Below, piece after piece: positions 25,657-34,031 of a DNA stretch of 64,000 bases. The number at the start of each line of letters is the position of its first letter. Position 1 is the stretch's first letter. The translations under genes were made by a program, and so were the position numbers. This DNA is from Gammaproteobacteria bacterium (lineage in GTDB: Bacteria > Pseudomonadota > Gammaproteobacteria > VBWC01). The stretch spans positions 9,939 to 73,938 of the forward strand of contig JAHFRU010000007.1 of NCBI GenBank assembly GCA_023266115.1, in the 5' to 3' direction. The notes beneath the pieces were generated by a model, which was not told the DNA's origin, searched no databases, and saw nothing but the letters and a program-made list of their open reading frames with translations.

Positions 25657-27151
25657 TCAATATGCGGTTCTAGTCACTGGTTGCCCGGCTACTTGTCGCT
25701 GATCAATCAAAAGTCCACCGGAAAACGCCTCACAAAGGATCGATTGGCGCATACGTTCAGCGCGCCTGTAGTTGGTGTCGACTTGCACCTCGACTTCAGT
25801 GACAAGTGAAAGGCGGCGTTCAACTTCCGCAACGAGCCGATTCTGCTCAGCGACGGGCGGCAGAGGAACCGGGAATGCACTTAGCTTTGTGAGGTTGATA
25901 GATGCAAGATTCGTTGTCTGCTTACCCTCCCGCAAGAAATAGTCCTTGCCAAAGGAATTCCCCCACCATGACACGAGCTTCGGCGAAACCTCGCTCAAGA
26001 AAAGTCGCGCGCGGAAAACGTGGTTTTGATGGATGCAATCGGTCAACTGCCCTTCCCAAATCCAACCGCGACCAAGCTTGTCGCGGTCTCCACCTTCGTT
26101 GAAGAGAATGTCGCCACGCTGCAAGCGTAGCTCTTTTATGTCGGATTCTGGTGCATCAATGAATTTCACTTCGGAAAGATCGAGATAGCCGCGCTGGACA
26201 TTAGCAACACGAAGATACGCTACTGACCGAGCAGTCGAGTCTTTGCGCTTGCTATCGACGGTAATCCCGCCTTTGAGTGCAGCGATTACATCGAGTCGCG
26301 CCCACACCCACCCCTCTGGCAATTCAGGCAGATCGGTGGTGTCTGGCGCTGTAGGTTCTTTGTATTTGCCCTTGCCTTTCCACTGGCTGCGGCGGGTTTC
26401 GAGGATGCGTTGCAGGAGTTGCTCGCCGGTCTCAAAGCTGCGTACCTCTCGACGTGCAATCTCGGCTTCGGTTTCGACGAGGCGGCCTTCGACGGCGGCT
26501 TTGAGGACGGCGGCTTTGTAGCGCTTGAGGTTGACCTTGACGCGCTTGAGGTCGGCGACGGCTTCGTCGAGGCGGGAGAATTGTTTTTCGATTTCCGCGA
26601 CGATGCGTTTTTGTTGGTCGAGGGGGGGCGACGGGAATCGTGGCTTCTTTTAGATAGGTAGTTGAAACACGCTTCTGACCTACAGCACCCGTCATGTACC
26701 GTTCTGCCTCGCCACGGAATGACTGACTTGAAACGTAGTAGTAAAGATACTTGGCGTCGATTCCAGCCTTTGGTCTGAGCACATGGAACTCGGTTGAGCC
26801 AAAACCGTAGCCGTTAACAAGTTTCGGAACAACGGCCATCTTTCCGTTTTCCATACAGGGTGTAATCTTGGCAAAAAGAACGTCGCCCTCAAGAAATGCT
26901 GTAAATCCTTTTTTTACTTCACGCGCTGGTCGCGATTCATCAACGTGAATTGAGCCATCACCTGCACCAACCGCAGGCATCGGAACAAACGACACGGGCA
27001 AGTCATCGGCAATCACCGATTTGTCGAGGCGTGGATTGACGTCGGCGATCTGCTCAATGGGCAGCGCTGGCCATACGTCTTGGCCCGTCGCTTTGTCTTG
27101 GTGGGTTACGGCCTCCGGCCTAATCCACCCTACATTTTTATGATTCGTCAT
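25657..27151 (-). CDS. hsdS: Type I R-M specificity subunit HsdS, interrupted by a +1 frameshift at a C7 (plus-strand G7) tract
   Basis: TRD1 is 27151-26640 (...TEFHVLRPK...IPVAP). After the homopolymer at 26622-26628 the central conserved helix LDQQKRIVAEIEKQFSRLDEAVADLKRVKVNLKRYKAAVLKAAVEG continues in another frame. That frame runs into TRD2 and the C-terminal conserved region (25657-26322). Removing one C restores a single ORF. Confidence 0.85.
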
Positions 27152-27231
27152 GCCGCCAACGTATCGTTCAATTCTTCAATGATAGTGTTCAGCTTGTCGC
27201 CGAATAGTTGACGTACTTTGCCGAGTCCGCC
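27148..27231 (-). pseudogene. Duplicated 3' end of hsdR (remnant)
   Basis: Encodes ...GGLGKVRQLFGDKLNTIIEELNDTLAA* versus ...GGLGKVHQIFGDNLNTIIEELNETLAA* at the true hsdR end (28365-28448). Its stop overlaps the hsdS ATG. Confidence 0.8.
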
Positions 27232-27335
27232 CTCACCCCTGCCATCGGCAACTGCTCCCTGCGTTGCTCTACCTCCCGCATCCCTGCGGTCGTCTTCCAG
27301 AGGGGGAGGGAGAAAAAATGTTGTGGAGCCTCGCG

Positions 27336-28361
27336 TCATTTCTTCTTCGCCGGTTTGTCACTCGGCAACCGCTTGATGGCCTGATCGAAGTCGAGCTCGA
27401 CGCGGCTCGGTACCGCGAGTTGTTGTTTGCGGAATTTATCGTATTCCTGTTCGGCCTTATCCAGCGCTTCCTGGTGCGACACGTTCCCCGCGTGGGTGAG
27501 GATGTCGCGTTCGCCAAGGCGCAGGAAGTCGTCGAGTTTGGCGATCCAGTTTTTCATGTACATGGGTTTGCGGCTGCGCGCTTGTAGCTCGGCGAATTCG
27601 AGATAGCCGTTGACGATGCGGTTGAGCGTATCGAGTTCTTCGGCATTGAGATAATTCTTGGCGATAGCGGCGTCTTCCTTACGCGGTTGGCTTCCTGCCC
27701 ATGAGGTGAGGCCCATGTTTGCCTTCCCGGCATCAGCGCGCTCAACTATGACTTCGGCGGCGGTTTGGCCGTGCGCGGCCCAGTGCATTTTGTTTTGTAC
27801 GGTGGCAAAGAAAAGTTGCGAGGCTTCTTCCGCCGGGCCGTAGTCGATACTGGTGGCGTAGATGTCCAGCACTTTGCGCCAGAAAACTTTCTCCGAAGAG
27901 CGGATGTCGCGAATGCGCGCGAGCAGCTCGTCGAAGTAGTTGCCGCCACCGCCGCGCTTGAGGCGTTCGTCATCGAGAGCGAAGCCTTTGATGATGTATT
28001 CGCGCAATTGCTGCGTAGCCCAGATGCGGAATTGCGTGCCGCGATGGGATTTGACGCGATAGCCGACAGAGATGATGACGTCGAGGTTGTAGTGAGCGAC
28101 ATCGCGCTCCACCTGCCGTTTGCCCTCGCTTTGAACTATCCGGAAATTCCGGATAGTTGGTTCCGGGGTTAGTTCACCCTCTTCATAGACATTGCGTATA
28201 TGTTCGCTGATGGTGCGGACGTCCTTCTGAAACAGCTCGGCCATCTGCTTTTGAGTCAACCAGACGGTTTCGCCCTGAAAGGTTACCTCCAACCGAGTTC
28301 TTCCGTCCTCGGTCTGGTAGAGGATGAATTGGCCGGTGGATTCGTTGTTTTCTTTTTTCAT
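27336..28361 (-). CDS. rhuM: RhuM-family protein (DNA-binding protein commonly embedded in type I R-M loci)
   Basis: 341 aa. N-terminus FILYQTEDGRTRLEVTFQGETVWLTQKQMAELFQKDVRTISEHIRNVYEEGEL and the body are typical of the RhuM family. Confidence 0.8.
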   Translation of the reverse strand: MKKENNESTGQFILYQTEDGRTRLEVTFQGETVWLTQKQMAELFQKDVRTISEHIRNVYEEGELTPEPTIRNFRIVQSEGKRQVERDVAHYNLDVIISVGYRVKSHRGTQFRIWATQQLREYIIKGFALDDERLKRGGGGNYFDELLARIRDIRSSEKVFWRKVLDIYATSIDYGPAEEASQLFFATVQNKMHWAAHGQTAAEVIVERADAGKANMGLTSWAGSQPRKEDAAIAKNYLNAEELDTLNRIVNGYLEFAELQARSRKPMYMKNWIAKLDDFLRLGERDILTHAGNVSHQEALDKAEQEYDKFRKQQLAVPSRVELDFDQAIKRLPSDKPAKKK

Positions 28362-28364
28362 GGC

Positions 28365-31322
28365 TTATGCCGCTAATGTCTCGTTCAGTTCCTCGATGAT
28401 TGTATTCAGGTTGTCGCCGAATATCTGATGCACTTTGCCGAGGCCGCCTTCTTGGGTGAACGGCGGCAACTCGAAGTCATCCGCCTCGATGCTGAGATTC
28501 GCTGCGATGTGGTCGCGGATCATTTCGAGCCAACGAATTTGTTCTGCGGTGAAAGGCTCTGTAATTCCTGGACCCCGGCTTTCGCCGGGGTGACGGCCTT
28601 TTTGTTGGGTCGCGAGCCAGGCTTTGAAGTTGGCGTTGACGCGCTCGGGGAACGGGATGAGTTCGTTGTCCTGATGGATGGCGAAGCGCACGAGCGACAC
28701 GAGGTCAGTGAGGATACGTTTGCCGCTGGCGCCTTTGACCCTGGATTTTTCCAGCGCGGCGTAGGCGTTCCAGAGCTGGGATTCGTTCCACAGGTAGGGC
28801 GGTTTTTCGATGGCGTCGGCGAGTTCTTTCACGGCCTCGAAGGTGAGGCGGTGTTTCCAGGGTTTGCTGTAGAGCACTTGCAGGGCGGTGATTTCGTCTT
28901 TGTGTTCTGCAATGAATTGCTCGAAGGATTGGACCATGCCTTTGGCGCGGGCCAGGGCTTCGGGGGAGAAGGTGGCTTCGAGGACTTCGTCGGCGCTGAC
29001 GTGGTCGATGGTGATTTCGGTTTTGGCTTTTAGGTCAATCAACAATTGGCGCAGGGTTGGGTCGTGCAATGGTTTGACGGCGGCTTGCACGATTTGGCTG
29101 CGTTGCGCTTCGCGGTTGGGCGCCTGCGGCGCGGCTTGTACCCCCTCACCCCCGCCCTCTCCCGGAGGGAGAGGGGGTTGAGTTATGGCCTCGTCGATGG
29201 CATCGGGGTTCAGCGCTTGGACGATGCGATGCGCTAAATCTTTGAGGCCGTAGCCGCCGCTGGCGGCGCGAATCTTTTTGTCGTCGTCGGCGCTGATGCG
29301 GTGTTCCATTCTGGCCAGGCGGCCGGCGAGTGAGGTGAGTACGTCATCCTCGGTGTTGCCGAAGGCGACGGCTTGCATGAGTTTCTCGAAGCTGACGGTG
29401 GGCTTTTGCTCCATCGGTCTCGAATCGGTCTTGTCCTGCTCGCACACGCCAACGGCGTCGACGATGACGAAGTGGTCCTTGGCTTTGGCGTCGGGGGTGA
29501 CGCTTTGCAGGTCGTCGGCCTTCATGATGCGCACGCCGCGGCCTTTCATCTGTTCGAAGAAGGCGCGGGATTTGACAGCGCGCATGAAGAAAACGACCTC
29601 CACCGCCTTGATGTCGGTGCCGGTGGCGATCATGTCTACCGTGACGGCGATGCGCGGCATGGGGCTGGTGCGGAATTCGTTGATGAGGTCTCTCGGTCTC
29701 GCGCCTGTTGTTTTGTACGTAATTTTCTGCGCGAAGTCGTTTCCCTTGCCGAATTCCTCGCGCACGATCTCGACGATGTTTTCGGCGTGGGCGTCGTCCT
29801 TGGCGAAGATGAGGGTCTTGGGCACCCAGGTGCGGCCGGGGAAGATTTCGGTGAACAGTTTGTCGCGGAAGGTGCGGACAATGGTGCGGATCTGGTCCGG
29901 GGCGACCACGTCGCGGTCGAGCTGGTTGGGGTCGTAGTTGAAGTCGTCGTCGAGCTGTTCCCAGCGCTTCTTGCGGGTGTCGCGCTCCATGATCTGCACG
30001 GCATAGCCGGATTCGACTTTTGAACCGGCCTCGGTGATCCGGGTGCGGATGCGGTAGACGTCGTAGTTGACGTTGACGCCGTCGGCCACGGCCATTTCGT
30101 GGTTGTATTCCATCACCAGGTTCTGCTTGAAGAACCCGAAAGTCTGCTTGCCGGGCGTGGCGGTAAGGCCGATGAGGTAGGCATCGAAGTATTCCAGCAC
30201 CTGTGCCCAGAGGTTGTAGATGGAGCGGTGGCATTCGTCGGTGACGATGATGTCGAAGGTTTCGATGGGGATGGCCGGGTTGTATTCGATGGGCTCAGGC
30301 TGTTTGAACAGGCTGCCGAGTTTATCCACTGATTCTTCTTCGAGGTCTTCGGGCAGGTCCCTGCCCTTGAGTATGGAGTACAGGCGCTGGATGGTGCAAA
30401 TGCAGACCCGCGCGGTTTTATCGAGCGTGCTGCTCGACAGGCGCTGGACGATGTATTCCTCGGTGAACTTGAAGTTGTTGTAGGGCGAGGCGTATTGCTG
30501 GAATTCCTTGAGCGTCTGGTCGCCGAGGTTGCCGCGGTCCACCAGGAACAGCACGCGCCGCGCGCCGGCGAATTTGATGAGCCGGTAGATGAACGATATG
30601 GCAGTGAAGGTTTTGCCGGAGCCGGTCGCCATCTGGATCAGCGCGCGCGGGCGGTTTTGCTTGAGCGATTGTTCGAGGTTGTGGATGGCGGTGATCTGCG
30701 CGGGCCAGAGGCCTTCTACGATCAGCGGCGGCATGTGTCGCAGGCGGGCGAGGAAGGTAGCCCCCTCTCCCCAACCCTCTCCCGGAGGGAGAGGGAGAGC
30801 AGAAATTGGTGTCGCTTCTGCGACGTTTCCCCGGGATGCGCTTTGCTTATCCCAGGCTACATCCAGTAATTTCGCCAGAGCGGCCGGTGTGTGAAACGCA
30901 AACACAGGACGTGAACGCGGTTCCGGGTCCAGGCCGTTGGTGAACTGGGTTTCGATGCCGGTGGATTCGTACGCGAACGGTAACGGCCGCGACCACGCGG
31001 GTAATCCGCCCGGCAAACCTTTGGTGTATTTGTCCGATTGAATTTCCACGCCCTTGAGCGTTGTGCCGGCTTTCTTCGCTTCAATGACACCTGCGGCTTT
31101 GCCATCTATATAAAGAAGGTAATCCGCCGCGCCGTGTCCGGGCAGCGGGAATTCCTCAATCGCGACGCCGCGCGCAGCGTGAATATTGGCCTGATCGGCG
31201 GCGCAGACTTCCCAGCCGGCCAGTGTGAGCAACCGGTCGATTTTCGAACGCGCTTCCTGTTCTGGTGTGGCGCCTGGCGTCACTGTGGCTATTCCCTCCC
31301 CCGAGAGGTGGAATCGTAGCAC
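28365..31322 (-). CDS. hsdR: Type I restriction endonuclease subunit HsdR (SF2 helicase-nuclease), with two in-frame palindromic-repeat insertions
   Basis: Walker A MATGSGKTFTAI, DEAH-type box TDECHRS, helicase C motifs, conserved C-terminal domain. The true start is probably the GTG at 31283 behind GGGAGGG. Sequence upstream of that is shared with the 32.5 kb duplicate. Confidence 0.9.
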   Translation of the reverse strand: MLRFHLSGEGIATVTPGATPEQEARSKIDRLLTLAGWEVCAADQANIHAARGVAIEEFPLPGHGAADYLLYIDGKAAGVIEAKKAGTTLKGVEIQSDKYTKGLPGGLPAWSRPLPFAYESTGIETQFTNGLDPEPRSRPVFAFHTPAALAKLLDVAWDKQSASRGNVAEATPISALPLPPGEGWGEGATFLARLRHMPPLIVEGLWPAQITAIHNLEQSLKQNRPRALIQMATGSGKTFTAISFIYRLIKFAGARRVLFLVDRGNLGDQTLKEFQQYASPYNNFKFTEEYIVQRLSSSTLDKTARVCICTIQRLYSILKGRDLPEDLEEESVDKLGSLFKQPEPIEYNPAIPIETFDIIVTDECHRSIYNLWAQVLEYFDAYLIGLTATPGKQTFGFFKQNLVMEYNHEMAVADGVNVNYDVYRIRTRITEAGSKVESGYAVQIMERDTRKKRWEQLDDDFNYDPNQLDRDVVAPDQIRTIVRTFRDKLFTEIFPGRTWVPKTLIFAKDDAHAENIVEIVREEFGKGNDFAQKITYKTTGARPRDLINEFRTSPMPRIAVTVDMIATGTDIKAVEVVFFMRAVKSRAFFEQMKGRGVRIMKADDLQSVTPDAKAKDHFVIVDAVGVCEQDKTDSRPMEQKPTVSFEKLMQAVAFGNTEDDVLTSLAGRLARMEHRISADDDKKIRAASGGYGLKDLAHRIVQALNPDAIDEAITQPPLPPGEGGGEGVQAAPQAPNREAQRSQIVQAAVKPLHDPTLRQLLIDLKAKTEITIDHVSADEVLEATFSPEALARAKGMVQSFEQFIAEHKDEITALQVLYSKPWKHRLTFEAVKELADAIEKPPYLWNESQLWNAYAALEKSRVKGASGKRILTDLVSLVRFAIHQDNELIPFPERVNANFKAWLATQQKGRHPGESRGPGITEPFTAEQIRWLEMIRDHIAANLSIEADDFELPPFTQEGGLGKVHQIFGDNLNTIIEELNETLAA

Positions 31323-31473
31323 GCGGGGGGTGATGGGGAAATTTCGGGGCGACGCCGGTTACTCGTTCTCCCCGGTCCGTGCAAACCGGGCCAGTACTGC
31401 CTTGCCGTTCGCGGTCAGGCGGTACTTTGGCTTGTCGGGAACTGACATCTCCACGCGTCCGGCATCGAGACCA

Positions 31474-32484
31474 TCATCCTCTTTCGCCGTCCTCCTGAAG
31501 CAGATTCAGAATCAACCGAACCAGCAGTTGCTTGTGCGCCGGGTCGCTCGCGGCGACGAGCAAGGCGACGGCGACCAGCGCGTTATCGGCAAAACGTGGT
31601 GTTCCATCGGGTTTGGTCAACACACCGTTGCGATCGAGGTAAAGCAGAAACAGGAGACTGCCGACGCGTTTGTTGCCATCGGAAAACGGGTGATCCTTGA
31701 TCACGAAATATAACAAGTGTGCAGCGCGTGATTCGACACTCGGGTAGAGCATTTCACCACCGAATATTTGCTCGATGGCGCCCAGAATACCGTCCAGCGC
31801 GTTGCTCCGCTCCTGCCCGAATAACGCGGTGGCTTCGTTCTTCGCAATAAGCGACTGTTTCAGTCTCACGATGGCATCGCGGCACGCTTTGGGTGATAAA
31901 CCCGCAACGGGCGGCGTCGGGCGCGCGGGTACTTCGGGCAGACGGTTTTCGTCGTATTGCAACAGCAAGCGCCACGAGCGGGCATAGTGCGTCACTACAT
32001 CCAGCAGCGCCCTGCCTTGATCGTTAACCATCTCTTGCGCGGACAACGTTTTTGCCAGCAGACGCACGGCCGTCTCCATTTCGGTGAGGCCCTTTTCCCG
32101 CAGGCGGCGCTCGTTGAGCGTGTAGCCCCGGACCAGATGATCGCGGAGCGTGCGGGTGGCCCAGATGCGGAATTGGGTGCCGCGTTGGGATTTGACCCGG
32201 TAGCCCACGGAAATGATGACATCCAGATTAAAGAACCTGACGGGCTTGTCCGAACCTGCAATGTGCAAATTTTGCACATTGCTTTCTTCGTCCAGCTCGT
32301 CCTCCTTGAATACGTTATTGATGTGCTTGGTGATAACTGAGCGTTCCCGGCCAAACAGCTCAGCCATCTGCGCCTGGGTCAGCCAAACGGTGTCACGCTC
32401 CAGACGCACGTCCAGTCGGATTTGGCCGTCCGGGGCTTCAAACAGCGCGACTTCTCCACCGGGCCGGGGGTCGTTTTTTCTCAT
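31474..32484 (-). CDS. RhuM-like N-terminal domain fused to a Doc-type Fic domain (death-on-curing family)
   Basis: N-terminus VALFEAPDGQIRLDVRLERDTVWLTQAQMAELFGRERSVITKHINNVFKEDEL parallels RhuM. The C-terminus carries HPFSDGNKRVGSLLFLLYL, which is the Doc variant of the Fic motif. I prefer the ATG at 32484. Confidence 0.8.
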   Translation of the reverse strand: MRKNDPRPGGEVALFEAPDGQIRLDVRLERDTVWLTQAQMAELFGRERSVITKHINNVFKEDELDEESNVQNLHIAGSDKPVRFFNLDVIISVGYRVKSQRGTQFRIWATRTLRDHLVRGYTLNERRLREKGLTEMETAVRLLAKTLSAQEMVNDQGRALLDVVTHYARSWRLLLQYDENRLPEVPARPTPPVAGLSPKACRDAIVRLKQSLIAKNEATALFGQERSNALDGILGAIEQIFGGEMLYPSVESRAAHLLYFVIKDHPFSDGNKRVGSLLFLLYLDRNGVLTKPDGTPRFADNALVAVALLVAASDPAHKQLLVRLILNLLQEDGERG

Positions 32485-32634
32485 GCGAGTCGATGCCTGT
32501 TGTTCTGGTGTGATGGTACTACTGGTCGCCCTTCCTGACGTATTGAATCGTAGCACGCGGGGAGTGATGGGGAATATTTTGGGCGGGCGGACCAACGGTG
32601 GTTTGCTATCAGTAATTGTACTGCCCGACCGGTT

Positions 32635-32925
32635 TCAGGCTCTCGGCTTCCAATATCCCGGCGATCGCCTCAGGTTCATCACGGCGACGATTTCAATGGT
32701 GTCGGATCGTACCCGGTAGACTTACCCCATAGGGGAACCGCGCCATCCGGTACCTGCGTATTCCGCTTTCTACCTCGCGGTAGGACCGGGGTGACGCTGT
32801 ATGCGGTGCAGCGCTTCTTCGAGTTCGTCGACGAAACGTTGCGCCAGGCCCTGCTGTTGATCGTGGTAGAAGGCGGCGGCCGCATCTGCTTCTGCTTTGG
32901 CGTCCTCGTGCCAGCGCAGTTTCAT
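32635..32925 (-). pseudogene. ParE/RelE-family toxin gene with at least two frameshifts
   Basis: Frame a gives MKLRWHEDAKAEADAAAAFYHDQQQGLAQRFVDELEEALHRIQRHPGP. Frame b gives YREVESGIRRYRMARFPYGV. Frame c gives VYRVRSDTIEIVAVMNLRRSPGYWKPRA*. The ATG overlaps the antitoxin stop (ATGA). Confidence 0.75.
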
Positions 32926-33161
32926 CGCGCGTATTTTGCCCGCAGTTCGTTGATCACGCTGGCGCTGTCGATCAACGTGGTTTTTTTGCTATCGATATCC
33001 GCGCAGCGGCGGCGAATCCCTTCCAGCCATTCCTGCGAGACGGCGAAGTCCTGATCAAGATCGAGGCTTTCAATGAGCGTCTCCGCGACGAAGGCGCGTT
33101 CGGTGGGTTCGAGCTGCATGGCATCGTCGAGGATTTTTTTGGGATCGGGTTTGGCGGCCAT
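32922..33161 (-). CDS. Addiction-module antitoxin (TIGR02574-like 'putative addiction module component')
   Basis: 79 aa. ILDDAMQLEPTERAFVAETLIESLD...SQEWLEGIRRRCADID is typical of this antitoxin family. Confidence 0.75.
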   Translation of the reverse strand: MAAKPDPKKILDDAMQLEPTERAFVAETLIESLDLDQDFAVSQEWLEGIRRRCADIDSKKTTLIDSASVINELRAKYAR

Positions 33162-33405
33162 GATGTACCCCCTTCAGGTGACCAACGCTGCGTTCAGGCT
33201 GTCAATTATGTGCGCGATGTATCCGTCAAACAACTTGCAAGCCGCTGTTATCGCTCCGGGGAAACTCAGGTCCCTCCACCATCACCGCTGGATTCCGGCT
33301 CGCGCTCGCGTCCGCTCGCCTGGCCGGAATGACGCGGTAAGAAATCAACATGCGCCGGTGCGATCAGCAACCGGTGCGACGGGCAGCGCCCGAAGATCGC
33401 CCGGG

Positions 33406-34029
33406 TCAAACAAACTCGAACAGATATTCCTGCACGCCGTTGCGCAACAAGTACGAGCGCTCGACGCGGAAGCTGCGCAGAAATTCGAGCAGCCCGCCCT
33501 GGCGGTAGCGGGGGCAAACGCGTTCTTCGGTGGAGGTGGACTGGTAGATCAGCTTGTCCTTCTCGACGATCTTGAAGTGGGTCGGCGACGCCGGGATCTT
33601 CGGCCGCGTTGACACCAGCGCGTAGAGCAGTGTGCCGCGATGACAAAACCGCCGCAGGTGTCGTATCAGGCGGCGAATATTGTGGCCATCGAGGTAATCG
33701 AGCAGGTCCCACATCAGGATGACATCGAAACGCGTGTCCTCGCGGTACGGCAGCAGCGCTTCGTAGACGGGGCAGAACGTGCTCTGATCGCCGTTGAACG
33801 ACGGGTCCAGCGAGGCGAGTGTCTGGTAAAGATCCTCGATGCAGATCTTGGATGAGAACCGCGACAGGAATTCCACATTGGCGCCAAAGGCCGGTCCGAG
33901 TTCCAGCACGCGGCACGGGGGTCTGCTCGCGATCTTGTCGACGAGCATACCCAGTGCCAGCGAGTTGAACGATGTCTCGATGTGCTGTACCGGTGTGCCG
34001 CGCCACGCGGCGCCAACGGAATTCCGCAT
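33406..34029 (-). CDS. Class I SAM-dependent methyltransferase
   Basis: 207 aa. Motif I-like VLELGPAFGANVEFL and post-I/II blocks (FDVILMWDLLDYL). The start lies 2 nt after the bactofilin stop. Confidence 0.7.
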   Translation of the reverse strand: MRNSVGAAWRGTPVQHIETSFNSLALGMLVDKIASRPPCRVLELGPAFGANVEFLSRFSSKICIEDLYQTLASLDPSFNGDQSTFCPVYEALLPYREDTRFDVILMWDLLDYLDGHNIRRLIRHLRRFCHRGTLLYALVSTRPKIPASPTHFKIVEKDKLIYQSTSTEERVCPRYRQGGLLEFLRSFRVERSYLLRNGVQEYLFEFV

Positions 34030-34031
34030 GC

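Noticed and set aside
29344-30234. 296-aa minus-strand ORF, plus several 100-220 aa ORFs, inside hsdR.
   Set aside because: These are alternative frames of hsdR with extreme Arg/Pro/His bias. The hsdR frame carries all the helicase motifs.
31370-31460. 29-aa minus-strand ORF (MSVPDKPKYRLTANGKAVLARFARTGENE) between the RhuM-Doc gene and hsdR.
   Set aside because: GGAG abuts the ATG with no spacer. The ORF is too short, and I recognise no homology. It may be a remnant, and there is not enough evidence to annotate it.
33266-34006. 246-aa minus-strand ORF overlapping the methyltransferase gene.
   Set aside because: This is an alternative frame with Arg/Pro-rich low-complexity sequence. The 33406-34029 frame has SAM-MTase motifs and is coupled to the bactofilin gene.
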